64,000 nt of DNA from an uncultured Bacteroidaceae bacterium (GCA_964406005.1 CAYOPZ010000014.1:282-64281), one strand, 5' to 3'. Numbered from the stretch's first letter, positions 29,901-40,000 are shown. The notes: generated by a model from the sequence alone, not told the origin. Numbers and translations: made by a program.

Positions 29901-31292
29901 GTCTGTGAAAATCTCTCGAAGCACATAACGGGCGCCCAGCCATCGGGCGGCGACGAATCGCTCTATGCATACCTGTGGCAGAATTCCCCGGCGGGCAGCG
30001 GGGTATGGGCGGACGCCCCGGTGGGGAACACCGGTATGAGTTACGATACCGAAGAGCTTATCGATACGACGGATTACAGGAGACTGGTGACATCGGGAGC
30101 CTGCCGCGATACGTCTTCCGCGGTGACCGTCCTTGTCCATCCCCGGCCCCAGGGCTCCATCACCGCCGATCCCGGCCTTGTCGAATGTTATTACGGCACG
30201 GATCCGGTATTGCTCGACGTAGCCGTTGATTTTCCGGCCGGCAAGCCGCCTTTCGACATTTATTATAACGACGGGAACAATGCGGGAGTGAAAACCGGCT
30301 TCGGCCTTACTTCAGGGGTTTTCACCCTGGGCCTGACCCCGGACGATTCGACACAGTACACCGTAGTGCTTGACAGCCTGGTGGACGGCAATGGCTGCCG
30401 GTCGTACCATCCCGACAGTCTTCCCGGCACGGCTAGCGCCTTGGTATTCAGATACCCGGTACCGGTTCTGATCGACGATACGGTCAGTGTATGCGACAGC
30501 AGCGTTATGCTCTCCGTTAACCAGGATGTGGGTGAGGGAAGCTGGGGGCCGGCAGACGGAAATTTCAGCTTTGTACCTTCAGACCAGCCCGTAACCGTTT
30601 TCTCCACTTCCTTTACGAACGATACACTGTTCTATACCGTAACCTGGTCTGAATCGAACGGCGTTTGCCCGGTGAACGATACCTCCGTTGTGATGGTGGT
30701 AGAGTTGTACGAACCCCCCGAACCTGCAGATGCCGGCATGGATTCGACCATTTATTTCGCATCTTCGGCCCGGCTCTGGGCGGCTCCGGCCACGGCGGGC
30801 CTGGGCACCTGGACCGTAACGGGGGATGCCGTAATAGATCCGGCGGAGATCCATTTACCCGGTGCCGGTATTGATCTCGGGGACACGGATCTTGATGTGA
30901 CCGTGGAGAATACCTTTACATGGTCCATCACCAACGGGATATGTCCGGCAAACGAATCATCCGTCACAATTACACGCAGGGATATAAAGCTGTTCAGCGG
31001 TTTCTCTCCGAACGGAGACCTCTTCAACGAATATCTTGAATTTCCAGGCCTCGAATATGCCGATGAATTCACACTGAACATATTTACACGGCAGGGTGTG
31101 ATCATACGGACCATCAGCAAATCGGCGGGTGATGATTTCGTTACCCCCGGCATGTGGTGGGACGGATTGCTGGAAAACGGGCAGGAAGCCGTTGACGGCA
31201 CCTATTTCTATGTACTGCTGGTAAAGTACGCAGGACAGACATATGAATACAAGGGATTTGTAGAACTCGTAAGATCCGGCTATACGAATTAA
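26931..31292 (+). CDS. T9SS type B (gliding-motility CTD) secreted cell-surface protein with polyglycine-rich domain
   Basis: C-terminal FSPNGDLFNEYLEFPGLEYADEFTLNIFTRQGV...WWDGL...GQEAVDGTYFYVL...YKGFVELVR is the TIGR04131-like type B sorting domain. The true start is probably GTG 27015 or 27039, just before the signal peptide (...FPAAFLILFLSGTRASE). The TTG at 26931 overlaps the upstream stop. Confidence 0.88.
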   Translation: MILSKNLPFSELIFHFFVNSPIFIRGKRVKSTTCFSVKANFLHLHVRSVFKYSLFPAAFLILFLSGTRASETIWNEYSAITQVFNADTTDLDSVRVSDPGIFSVGDTVMFIQMKGAEVYLPPDTRFGKIRTETVYNTGLYVLLLVSDIFGDIIQFSDPLPYMKSPIPGEVNQLVRVRGARTIEIPAGDTLTCEPWNPADSTGGVVVLLASDTIKLNGTIDVSGRGFLGGDTIPNEYTGTCVNFGSDGWYLYESGSDSAGLKGEGIVYEGFPFVRGNGFVANAGGGGNGQYSGGGGGGNIGVGGVGGFQEEGCGDTPNPLVQGGYIKSNFYTNTGQYKNRIFMGGGGGAGTMNRPDGKIGTKGGNGGGFVILLAQTLYSNNALITASGQSVTDTATAGAGGGGGGGVVVLAVDNYIGDLNIEVSGGNGGWTNDPINRTGPGGLGGGGVIWHSGESLPLNVYTNTSNGEQGQWTDNAGGGEYYGTGTSSLSGEVLDSLIVPIRGFTFNILFGTEDICEGEAPDTIRASQPKGDTEFNFTWLQWREATGWTDADGVKDQKDYFPGVLTDTTHYRRVVEAVNNGTVDTSEVYKVNVLDALYNNAIKSSDTICYGLAPAPLVQDAPSVGGGNGEDYGYIWESRTNSSGWTPAGVTTQNYAPGPLTDTTHFRRILYSHVCYDTSNVLTQTVLSPIGGNTAAGNDAVICHDEDPGTILAGSVSGGEPGVYAYLWEMSNDLSSWTGVGDTEDLSPGSLPDDEAFYYYRRTVYSGGNDSTCRDVSDTVTIQVQPRLEFYGIQPANDTVCEDIPPGALSPAGVITGGDGIYHYDWEKSTDESDWSITGATDTLALYAVPPLSLTTWFRRIVSSGACIDTSANSKYLVHPKINNNLVADNDTVCYGEQPSALVQDAPAVSGGLGPGTYAYLWQSRMNSSPWTAAGGTNDQPGYTPGNLTDTTYYQRVIESGKCSDTSNLIQVIVQDDIGNNIIEGGSATGDVCENLSKHITGAQPSGGDESLYAYLWQNSPAGSGVWADAPVGNTGMSYDTEELIDTTDYRRLVTSGACRDTSSAVTVLVHPRPQGSITADPGLVECYYGTDPVLLDVAVDFPAGKPPFDIYYNDGNNAGVKTGFGLTSGVFTLGLTPDDSTQYTVVLDSLVDGNGCRSYHPDSLPGTASALVFRYPVPVLIDDTVSVCDSSVMLSVNQDVGEGSWGPADGNFSFVPSDQPVTVFSTSFTNDTLFYTVTWSESNGVCPVNDTSVVMVVELYEPPEPADAGMDSTIYFASSARLWAAPATAGLGTWTVTGDAVIDPAEIHLPGAGIDLGDTDLDVTVENTFTWSITNGICPANESSVTITRRDIKLFSGFSPNGDLFNEYLEFPGLEYADEFTLNIFTRQGVIIRTISKSAGDDFVTPGMWWDGLLENGQEAVDGTYFYVLLVKYAGQTYEYKGFVELVRSGYTN
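27513..28400 (+). other. Glycine-rich domain (multiple G5-G7 runs) inside the type B cargo
   Basis: NAGGGGNGQYSGGGGGGNIGVGGVGG, FMGGGGGAGTM, KGGNGGGFVILLA, AGAGGGGGGGVVVLAV, VSGGNGGW, GPGGLGGGGVIWHSG, NAGGGEYYG. Confidence 0.6.
28443..30140 (+). repeat. Six tandem ~95-aa Cys-bounded Ig-like modules, coding
   Basis: Each unit has C.....P..L......GG.....Y.Y.W......W.........Y.PG.LTDTT.YRR.V.SG.C.DTS..V...V. Units read off the translation from aa ~505 to ~1070. Confidence 0.7.
30984..31277 (+). other. T9SS type B C-terminal sorting domain
   Basis: aa ~1352-1449, motif given in the parent CDS entry. Confidence 0.8.
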
Positions 31293-32207
31293 ATGAAAGC
31301 AAGCGGTTTCATAGGGTTAATGCTTTTTATCGCGCTGCAGGGCGCCATGGGACAGAACACCAAGAACTACACACCGGTGAACATGTACATGATGAATCCG
31401 CTGCTTATAAACCCGGGGTACGCAGGGGCACAGGATTCCTGGTCCGTTACGGGAATGTACGGGAAAAACTGGGTGGGCATGCCCGGGTCCGGGAACCTGA
31501 TGACGATCACCGGGCACACGCCTCTCGGAGAGGGGAAAGTCGCCGTCGGTTTCCAGGCTTCCAACAATACCTATGGAACAAACAGGAATACCAGTGCTTA
31601 TTTTTACTATACATACAGGATCAATGTAGGGGCAGGAAAGATCGGGCTGGGATTGCGTGCGGGAGGGAACAACTACAGCAGGGAACTCAGCCGGGCGGAA
31701 TTCATGGACCCTGCCGATCCGGTCATCAGGGACGAAAGCCGTTTCTTTCCAAATTTCGGAGCGGGAGTGTACTGGTATACCAGCGATTTCTACCTGGGGA
31801 TCTCGGTGCCGGATTTTTTCTTTCCCCCCCTGGGATCGGAATCCTTCAGTGCCAGCCCGGAAAATTACAATTATATGCTTACAGGCGGTTACCTGTTCAG
31901 GATCAGCGATAATTTCAAAATCAAGCCTTCCACCCTGATTACATACACCTTGCATTCCCCCCTGTTTTACCAGGCCAATACAAGCTTCATCTTTTTACAG
32001 GACAGGATCTGGCTCGGGGCGAGCTATAAGCCGAACGGACTTGTGGCCATTGCAGAATTCCAGGCTACCAAATGGCTGCGCATGGGATATGCATACGAAT
32101 TCCCCATGGGGGATCTGAGCGGGTTTACCACAGGATCGCATGAATTGCTGATAAGGTTTATTTCCAATTTTGAATTGCGTGCCGTAAGCCCGGGATATTT
32201 CTGGTAA
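31293..32207 (+). CDS. PorP/SprF family T9SS outer-membrane protein
   Basis: Signal peptide, then YMMNPLLINPGYAGAQD and a beta-barrel pattern ending ...GSHELLIRF. ATG directly abuts the cargo stop (TAA 31290-31292). Confidence 0.88.
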   Translation: MKASGFIGLMLFIALQGAMGQNTKNYTPVNMYMMNPLLINPGYAGAQDSWSVTGMYGKNWVGMPGSGNLMTITGHTPLGEGKVAVGFQASNNTYGTNRNTSAYFYYTYRINVGAGKIGLGLRAGGNNYSRELSRAEFMDPADPVIRDESRFFPNFGAGVYWYTSDFYLGISVPDFFFPPLGSESFSASPENYNYMLTGGYLFRISDNFKIKPSTLITYTLHSPLFYQANTSFIFLQDRIWLGASYKPNGLVAIAEFQATKWLRMGYAYEFPMGDLSGFTTGSHELLIRFISNFELRAVSPGYFW

Positions 32208-33664
32208 TGAAAAGCAGAAGGCCGACATATTGGTTGATTCTCGTTTTCCTTTTCCTGGCACAGATCCCGGGACGGGCCCAGGAAGAGATCGTCAGTATCG
32301 AAAGAGCGCCCTTTTCATCAAGGGCCTATGATGAATACTCGCCTGCCTTGTACCGGGGAAGCATTGTTTATACGGCCAACAAAAGGATCACCTATACCAG
32401 CAAGCGGACGGATGCCACCGGTAAGACAGCCACGAATCTTTTCGTTGTACAGCAGGAAGATGGGGAAGACTGGACCGAACCCCATCTGTTTTCGAATACG
32501 CTCTCAAGCGTCGCCGCCCATTATGGATGGGCTACCTATAATCGCAGCGGAGACATGGTCTTCTTCAACAGGAACCTTGGGCGCATTTCCGACCAGGATG
32601 CCAGGCAGGGGATCTTCACTGCGAGGTATGAAAATGGTGAATGGACGGATATTCAGCCCTTTCCCTACAATGATCCTTCCTACAATCTTTTCCATCCCTT
32701 CCTGAGCCCGGACGGGACCATGCTGTTCTTTTCCTCCAACATGCCGGGAGGCAATGGCGGGTATGACCTCTATGTTTCCATGCTTGAAAATGGTGCCTGG
32801 TCGGAACCCGTCAACCTGGGCTCTGACGTAAATACACGGCGGAACGAGATCTACCCGGTATACCATGGGAACGGGCGTTTGTATTTTTCCTCCAACGAAC
32901 ATCCCGGGGTGGGGGGATACGACATATTTTTTACGGTAAATGTGGATGGACGGTGGATTGCCCCGGTGCACCTTCCGGAACCCTATAATTCACAGCGGAA
33001 CGATGCCTGCTTTATCGCCCTCGACACCTCCTATACCAGGGGATATATCACCTCGAACAGGGACAGGGCCCGGACGAACAGCATTTATGAGTTCAAAGTG
33101 AATTTTCCCGGGACCCTGTTTTCAGATTGCAGGCCCCAGGAGCAGAACAATTACTGCTATACGATTTATGAACCGGGGACCATGGATATCGATACCACCA
33201 ATTTCATGTATGAATGGCTGATAGAAGGAAAAAGATATCGCATGAAGGAGGTGGATTACTGTTTCGGCGGTCCGGGCCATTACCATATCCAGCTGAACGT
33301 GGTCGATATGCTGTCCGGCGAGGTATTGTACAATCAGGCTGAACATGATCTTGATATTGAGGATATCCAGCAGGCATACATCACATCTCCCGATACCATT
33401 CTTGTCAATGAATCCGTTATGCTTGACGGTTCGGAGACCTTTGTCAAGGATTTCGAAATAGGTCATTATATCTGGAGTACGGGCGATCTTTCCTACGATG
33501 CCGGTTCGGAGATCACGCATGCCTATTACAGGCCGGGAGTTTATACCGTACGCCTTGGAGTTACGAGCGATGCCGAAGACCCGGAAGCAATACAGCACAC
33601 CTGTTCCTTTAAGAAACTGGTTGTATTGCCGCGCGGGCAGGATACACTGTCGGCCGGTGAATAA
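32207..33664 (+). CDS. PD40 (TolB-like beta-propeller) repeat protein with two C-terminal PKD-like domains
   Basis: Repeats YSPALYRGSIVYTAN, FHPFLSPDGTMLFFSSN..GGNGGYDLYVS, IYPVYHGNGRLYFSSNEHPGVGGYDIFF. C-terminal ...YIWSTGD...ITHAYYRPGVYTVRLGV. TAATG overlap with the PorP/SprF stop. Confidence 0.8.
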   Translation: MKSRRPTYWLILVFLFLAQIPGRAQEEIVSIERAPFSSRAYDEYSPALYRGSIVYTANKRITYTSKRTDATGKTATNLFVVQQEDGEDWTEPHLFSNTLSSVAAHYGWATYNRSGDMVFFNRNLGRISDQDARQGIFTARYENGEWTDIQPFPYNDPSYNLFHPFLSPDGTMLFFSSNMPGGNGGYDLYVSMLENGAWSEPVNLGSDVNTRRNEIYPVYHGNGRLYFSSNEHPGVGGYDIFFTVNVDGRWIAPVHLPEPYNSQRNDACFIALDTSYTRGYITSNRDRARTNSIYEFKVNFPGTLFSDCRPQEQNNYCYTIYEPGTMDIDTTNFMYEWLIEGKRYRMKEVDYCFGGPGHYHIQLNVVDMLSGEVLYNQAEHDLDIEDIQQAYITSPDTILVNESVMLDGSETFVKDFEIGHYIWSTGDLSYDAGSEITHAYYRPGVYTVRLGVTSDAEDPEAIQHTCSFKKLVVLPRGQDTLSAGE

Positions 33665-33712
33665 GTTGCCGGGCGGAACGGCCTGTTTTTTAAATAACAT
33701 ATTTTTCATAAA

Positions 33713-35971
33713 ATGAGAACACGGATTTATCTATTGATTTTATTATTACCGGCAACGGCTTATTGCCTGAAAGCCCAGGACAATGAAATGGATGCTTTCA
33801 TAAGTGATCTGATGGAGAAAATGACCCTGGAAGAAAAGCTGGGTCAGTTGAACCTTTCTTCGGGAATAGGCGATCTGCCTGTAGTGACGGAAGGAGGGGG
33901 AATGGAAGAATTCATACGTCACGGCCTGATCGGTGCAGCCGGCGGACGCAGGAACCAGGAGATCGCTGTTAACGAATCCCGGCTGGGCATCCCCCTGATT
34001 TCGGGAAGGGATGTTATCCACGGTTTCAGCACAATATTTCCGATCCCTCTGGCAATGGCATGCATGTGGGACATGGACCTTGTGGAAAAGAGTGCGCGTA
34101 TGGCTGCATCGGAGGCCAGTTCAAGCGGTATCTGCTGGACTTATTCCCCCATGGTGGATATTGCCAGGGACCCCCGCTGGGGAAGGATTGCGGAAGGCAC
34201 CGGTGAGGATGCATGGTATGGCGCCCGGATGGCAGAAGCGTTTGTCAGGGGTTACCAGGGCGATGACCTGAAAAAAAACAATACCATCATGGCCTGCGTA
34301 AAGCATTTTGCGCTTTACGGGGCGGCGGAGGCAGGAAGGGATTACAATACCGTTGACATGAGCAGGCTTAGCATGTACAATGATTATCTGCCGCCCTATA
34401 AAGCGGCCGTTGAGGCAGGCGCCGGAAGTGTGATGAGCTCCTTCAATGTGATAGACTGGGTCCCGGCTTCGGGCAATAAATGGCTGTTGACGGATCTGTT
34501 GCGCGGAGAATGGGGATTTGATGGTTTTGTCGTAAGCGATTATACTGCAATAAATGAAATGATCCAGCATGGTATGGGAGATCTGCAGGCAGTAGCTGTC
34601 CTGGCTTTAAAAGCAGGGCTTGACATGGATATGCAGGGGAAGGCGTACATTGGTACCCTGAGCAGGTCGCTTGAGGAAGGAAAAGTTGGCATGGAGGAAA
34701 TTGACCGGGCATGCCGCCGGGTACTCGAAGCAAAATACAAACTCGGTCTTTTTGACGATCCCTTCCAATATTTCGACGAAGCGCGCGCCGAAAATATTTT
34801 AAGCGAAGAAAACCTGCAGTTTGCACGTGAAACTGCAGCGAAGTCTGTTGTATTGCTGAAAAACAGCGGACAACTCCTTCCGCTGAAAAGATCGGGCACC
34901 ATTGCCGTTATAGGGCCCCTTGCAGACAGCAAAAGTGATATGCTCGGAACCTGGGCCTTTCCAAATAATACGGATAAGGTGGTAAGCGTTGCAGAGGGGA
35001 TCAGAATTGCCGGAGGGGAAGATGTCACGGTGCTGTACGCCAGGGGCTCGGATTTCACGGATGATCCGTATTTGCAGAAAAATATGCGTTCCGGATTCGT
35101 CTTTTTCCAGAATGTGCCTGTGGAAGAAAACGCGGCTCCCGGAGAGTTGTTGAAAGAAGCAGTTGAAACAGCCGGCAAAGCGGATGTAATCGTGGCAGCC
35201 CTGGGTGAACCCGCTTCATGGTCGGGTGAAGCAGCCAGCCGTTCGGATATCGGCCTTCCCGCCTGCCAGCAGGAATTGTTAAAAGCACTTCTGGAAACAG
35301 GGAAACCAGTGGTACTGGTTTTATTGAACGGCAGGCCGCTGACCCTGACCTGGGAAGATGAGAATGTAAATGCAATCCTGGAGGCATGGCATGGCGGGAC
35401 TATGGCAGGAAACGGAATTGCCGATGTTCTGTTCGGGGATTATAACCCTTCCGGTAAGCTGACGGTCACTTTCCCCAGGAGTGTAGGTCAAATACCGCTT
35501 TATTACAACCATAAGAATACGGGCCGTCCGATGGACCCGGATAATAAGTTCACGTCAAAGTACCTTGACATCCCCAACGAACCGCTTTATCCCTTTGGTT
35601 ACGGGATAAGCTATACTACTTATAAATACGGAGATATCCGCCTGGATAAAACGGAACTGGCCGGTGACCAGATCCTGACTGCAAGCATCACCGTGACAAA
35701 TACGGGGGAATATACCGGAGAGGAGGTCGTGCAGCTCTATATCACCGATCCTGTTGCGAGTGTTTCCCGTGCGGTGAAAGAGCTGAAAAATTACCGGAAA
35801 ATCCTGCTCCGGCCGGGAGAAGAGAAAGAAGTAAGTTTTACCGTTACCACAGAAGATCTCAAATTTTATAACGGCGACCAGGAATATGTCTGGGAGCCCG
35901 GTGAATTTGTCATCCGGATCGGAACGAATTCGGAAGAACTGAAGTCTGCGTCGGTCCGATGGAACAAATAA
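33713..35971 (+). CDS. bglX: Glycoside hydrolase family 3 beta-glucosidase (BglX-like), periplasmic
   Basis: Signal peptide. KLGQLN, GRDVIHG, nucleophile region GFDGFVVSDY, C-terminal FnIII-like domain. 752 aa. Confidence 0.92.
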   Translation: MRTRIYLLILLLPATAYCLKAQDNEMDAFISDLMEKMTLEEKLGQLNLSSGIGDLPVVTEGGGMEEFIRHGLIGAAGGRRNQEIAVNESRLGIPLISGRDVIHGFSTIFPIPLAMACMWDMDLVEKSARMAASEASSSGICWTYSPMVDIARDPRWGRIAEGTGEDAWYGARMAEAFVRGYQGDDLKKNNTIMACVKHFALYGAAEAGRDYNTVDMSRLSMYNDYLPPYKAAVEAGAGSVMSSFNVIDWVPASGNKWLLTDLLRGEWGFDGFVVSDYTAINEMIQHGMGDLQAVAVLALKAGLDMDMQGKAYIGTLSRSLEEGKVGMEEIDRACRRVLEAKYKLGLFDDPFQYFDEARAENILSEENLQFARETAAKSVVLLKNSGQLLPLKRSGTIAVIGPLADSKSDMLGTWAFPNNTDKVVSVAEGIRIAGGEDVTVLYARGSDFTDDPYLQKNMRSGFVFFQNVPVEENAAPGELLKEAVETAGKADVIVAALGEPASWSGEAASRSDIGLPACQQELLKALLETGKPVVLVLLNGRPLTLTWEDENVNAILEAWHGGTMAGNGIADVLFGDYNPSGKLTVTFPRSVGQIPLYYNHKNTGRPMDPDNKFTSKYLDIPNEPLYPFGYGISYTTYKYGDIRLDKTELAGDQILTASITVTNTGEYTGEEVVQLYITDPVASVSRAVKELKNYRKILLRPGEEKEVSFTVTTEDLKFYNGDQEYVWEPGEFVIRIGTNSEELKSASVRWNK

Positions 35972-36068
35972 TTGAATTGCCGGAAGGTTTTTGCATGGTT
36001 CTGGCACGCTATCTGCATGTGGGATAGTCATTGTACTTTGATTATTTTTCTTTATTTTCAGCTCGCAG

Positions 36069-37040
36069 ATGGTAAAATCTATATTATTACTGATCGTCAT
36101 GGCAGGTTTCTTTTCTGTCACCATTGCACAGCCGGTACCTGCCCAGGATGAAAACATTCCCTACCTGATGACCTTCGGGAACAGGGCGGAAACTTCCTGG
36201 GGCGACGACGATTTCAGCCAGACTTTTTTTTTCAGGATTCCGAAAGAGTATACAAATCCCTTTTACATACGTGTCTGGGACCCTGATTGCGGCGGGGCAA
36301 TAGACGAGATCAACGGCGTTTTCAACACGCGCACTTCATTTGAAGTTTTCGGCGGCGAGGACTGCTGGTCGCCGGATGACGCCAAGGGAATAGACCCGGT
36401 GGGTGATTACAAGAGCGGAAACCTCCTGGCGAGCCAGTCGTTTACGGAAGATCCGCGTTACGATGAGAACTGGTATACCTTCGGCCCCTTCAATCCTACC
36501 GAAGGGGAGTGGGTGGAAGACTGGCAGGGATATGTATTCAAGATCATCGCCGAAGGAGTTGAAGGGGACGACGGCAATATGTACCGCTATTACCTGAGCA
36601 CCGATCCGAATAACAACCGGGATGTGGAAGGAGGCAATGCCTTTGCATATGAATATTCCTTCCGTATGCACAACAATGTCAATGAGGTATCCCATATTTA
36701 TCCCTACGTGGACGACCGGACAATATCGGTCAGGCAATCCAACTGGGACTGGGACGATGACGGCGTGATCAGGATCGTATCGGTGTCAAGAAACGGGCAG
36801 TTGAGCAAGGTATCCGGCGAGGACGAATGGGGGCACGATGAATTCCGGATTCTTGAAGAGGAAAAAAATACATCCCTTGACCTGCAACTTCATAAAAAGA
36901 AGGAATATCTTGTCAGGAACAACAACGTGGTGATCAATATCAGGAACCAGTATAATGAATATATCGAGTTTTTTGTCATCCCCATCGGCGGGGTTCCCCA
37001 GTACCAGTATTCCATAGGGATCAAACCAAAAACAAATTAG
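36069..37040 (+). CDS. Secreted hypothetical protein, no family recognised (323 aa)
   Basis: Signal peptide MVKSILLLIVMAGFFSVTIAQP. Acidic and Trp/Tyr-rich mature part (IRVWDPDCGGAIDE, NWYTFGPFNPTEGEWVEDWQGY). Stops 18 nt before the sensor-phosphatase gene. Confidence 0.7.
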   Translation: MVKSILLLIVMAGFFSVTIAQPVPAQDENIPYLMTFGNRAETSWGDDDFSQTFFFRIPKEYTNPFYIRVWDPDCGGAIDEINGVFNTRTSFEVFGGEDCWSPDDAKGIDPVGDYKSGNLLASQSFTEDPRYDENWYTFGPFNPTEGEWVEDWQGYVFKIIAEGVEGDDGNMYRYYLSTDPNNNRDVEGGNAFAYEYSFRMHNNVNEVSHIYPYVDDRTISVRQSNWDWDDDGVIRIVSVSRNGQLSKVSGEDEWGHDEFRILEEEKNTSLDLQLHKKKEYLVRNNNVVINIRNQYNEYIEFFVIPIGGVPQYQYSIGIKPKTN

Positions 37041-37058
37041 TAATACAACCCGGTATCA

Positions 37059-40000
37059 ATGAATTGTATGAAGCAATCTGCCGCCCCACTGCTGAGCTTC
37101 AGTGTTCTGTTCCTGATGTTCTGCATGCCGGGTATCTCCCAGACTTATAAATTCAGGCAGTACGGTCTCAATGAGGGGATATGCCATCCTTTCGTTTATA
37201 CAGTGAACCAGGATGTGAACGGCTACATCTGGCTCGGTACCGGCAACGGACTGTGCAAATACGACGGGAAGAATTTTTACGGGGATTTTGATGCGGATTC
37301 CCTGCCTGCGGCTCTCGTCAAGAAAAGCTTCAGGGATTCAAGGGGCAATCTCTGGTTCGGGCATGATGACGGAAGCATTACGTTTTATGACGGAAGGCGC
37401 TTCAGGGTTATTGATGCGGGCCGCAGGATCACAAGCACAATCAACGACATTGCAGAGGATTCTGAAGGCAGGATAGTGTTTGCCACGCAGAACCAGGGGC
37501 TGATCATCGTCACGGAGGATTTCGATGTGATGCATCTCGAGCAGGCATTCGACAGGATGAGGATCTCTTCCATCGCCTTTACAGGTTCCGGTCAGATGCT
37601 TATGGGAGGATATGACGGTCTGCATGTGTTTTCCTATGATTTTTCTACCGATACCGTCAGGTACCTGGCCAAAGTATCCGGGGTTCCCTATACACAGATC
37701 ACTGACATCGTTTACAATGAAGAGGCTGACCTCTACTGGCTCGGTTCACAGGGAGAGGGATTGTTCGCCCTGAAGTTACATGACGGGGATGCCCGGGAGG
37801 CTGAAGTTACCAGGTTAGGGAACGGTGACCTCCTGGCCCATACTCCCGTGCTGGACATATTCCGTGATTCACAGGATTATCTCTGGTTGAGCACCGGCGG
37901 GGAGGGGCTTTACAAAGTAAGCGTGAATACAGGCGATCTGAACATCAGTGAGTTCGAGCATTTCAATTCACAGAACGGGCTGGGGATCGATTATATAAGG
38001 GAGGCTTTTGAAGACCTGGAAGGCAATATGTGGGTTGCGACTTACGGAAACGGCCTGGCGGCACTTTTCGACGAAGCATTCACATTCTATGACTACAGCG
38101 ACGGGGGGGGTAAGACGATCTACTCCGTGCTGGAAGATACTGGCGGCTACTGGATGGGAGGCCGGGGACGGCTGACCAGGGTGATTACCGGCCTGAAAGA
38201 TACGGAAGAGGTTTACGGCCGCTCACAGGGACTTCCCGATGACCGTATAACAGCCCTTTACAAGGATGCACAGGGAACGTTGTGGATCGGCACCGGCGAA
38301 AGCGGATTATACAGGATGAGAGACCGGAGGATAAGCCGGTTTTTTTCCTCTGAAAATTCGCTTGAAAATACCATCAATGCCATTGATGCAATCGGTCAGA
38401 CGATCTGGCTTGCCACCAGCAATGGAGTGGTCACCAAAGATCTTGGTTCGGGTCTTACCGACAGGTACGGCCTGGGGCCCAATGTTCCCCACAACCAGAT
38501 AAACGATCTGCACATTGATTCGAATGGGACGGTATGGATCGCCACAAAGCGTTCTGACGGATTGTATTCCGTCAATACGGATCAACGTCTGACGATTTCG
38601 GGAAACGTTGCCATGGATTTTGTATCCATAACAGAGGATGATTACGGGAACCTGTGGGCTGCCACTGCAAATAACGGGGTTTTCCGTTTCCTGTCCGATA
38701 CACTCGAATATTATTCCGTCAATAACGGGCTCAAGAATGCGTCATGCTACAGCATACTGAATGACGGGCAGGGGAACATATGGGTCGGGCACAGGCTTGG
38801 ATTGAGTAAAATAGAAGCGGACAGGGGAGTCATTGTGACCTATGGTACCGAAACAGGCATCAACGGAGACATCCAGCACAATGCATCGAGCGTGACCGAC
38901 GACGGGCAGATCCTGTTCGGAACTTCAGACGGCCTCATACGTTTTGATACCGGGAAGGAAAGGAATAACATCACACCGCCAATAACCAGCATTACATCCG
39001 TGGTTATTTCTGACACGCAGTACGACTTTTCCGAACCCATTGTACTGCCATACAATGTTTACAAGCTCAGGGTCGATTTTATAGGACTGAATTACTTTGC
39101 TCCTGACAAGGTAACCTATCAGTACACACTCGACGGTTACGACGAATGGTCCGAACCTACCTCCATCCCTTATGTCCAGTACAGCAGGATAGAAGACGGG
39201 GACTACACATTCATGCTGCGTGCATGCAACAGCGAGGGAGTATGTACGGAATTGCCGGTTGAATTCAGCCTCAGGGTGAAACTGCCCGTATGGAAAACAT
39301 GGTGGTTCATCGGCATTTGCGTTTTGATCGCTGTTTCCGCCGTGTACGTCATCATCAAGTTCAGGGAGCGGAAAGCCAGGCAATTCCAGGAGATGCTCCA
39401 GCGCAGGCTCGATGAAAGAACGCATGAGGTAGTCATGCAGAAGGAGGAGATCGAGATCAAGAACAAGGACATCACCGACAGCATCAATTATGCACAGCGC
39501 ATACAGGCAAGCATACTGCCTCCGATCAGCAAGCTTCATGAAGCATTTTCCGGATCTTTTGTTTTTTACCAGCCCAGGGACATTGTCAGCGGTGACTTTT
39601 ACTGGTACGACAGGACGGAGAACGATAAATTCGTCATTGTTTGTGCGGATTCCACAGGGCACGGAGTGCCGGGCGCTTTCATGTCCATGATCGGCACCAC
39701 GTTAATCAAGGATATTACCATCCGCAAGGAGGTGGATTCACCTGCTGCCCTGCTTGCCATGCTTGACCAGGAGATTATGGCGGCGCTGAACCAGAATATC
39801 GAGGCGGAAAGATCGAATGACGGCATGGATATCATCGTTTCGGAAATAGATCTGAAAACCAATAAACTGAAAATATCTTCGGCCATGCGCCCGATGATCA
39901 TTTACCGGGAAGGCGAACAGATCTATGTCAGGGGCAGCAGGAGTTCGGTCGGGGGACAGTATGAAAAGGACCAGAAGGTATTCGAAACACATGAATACGA

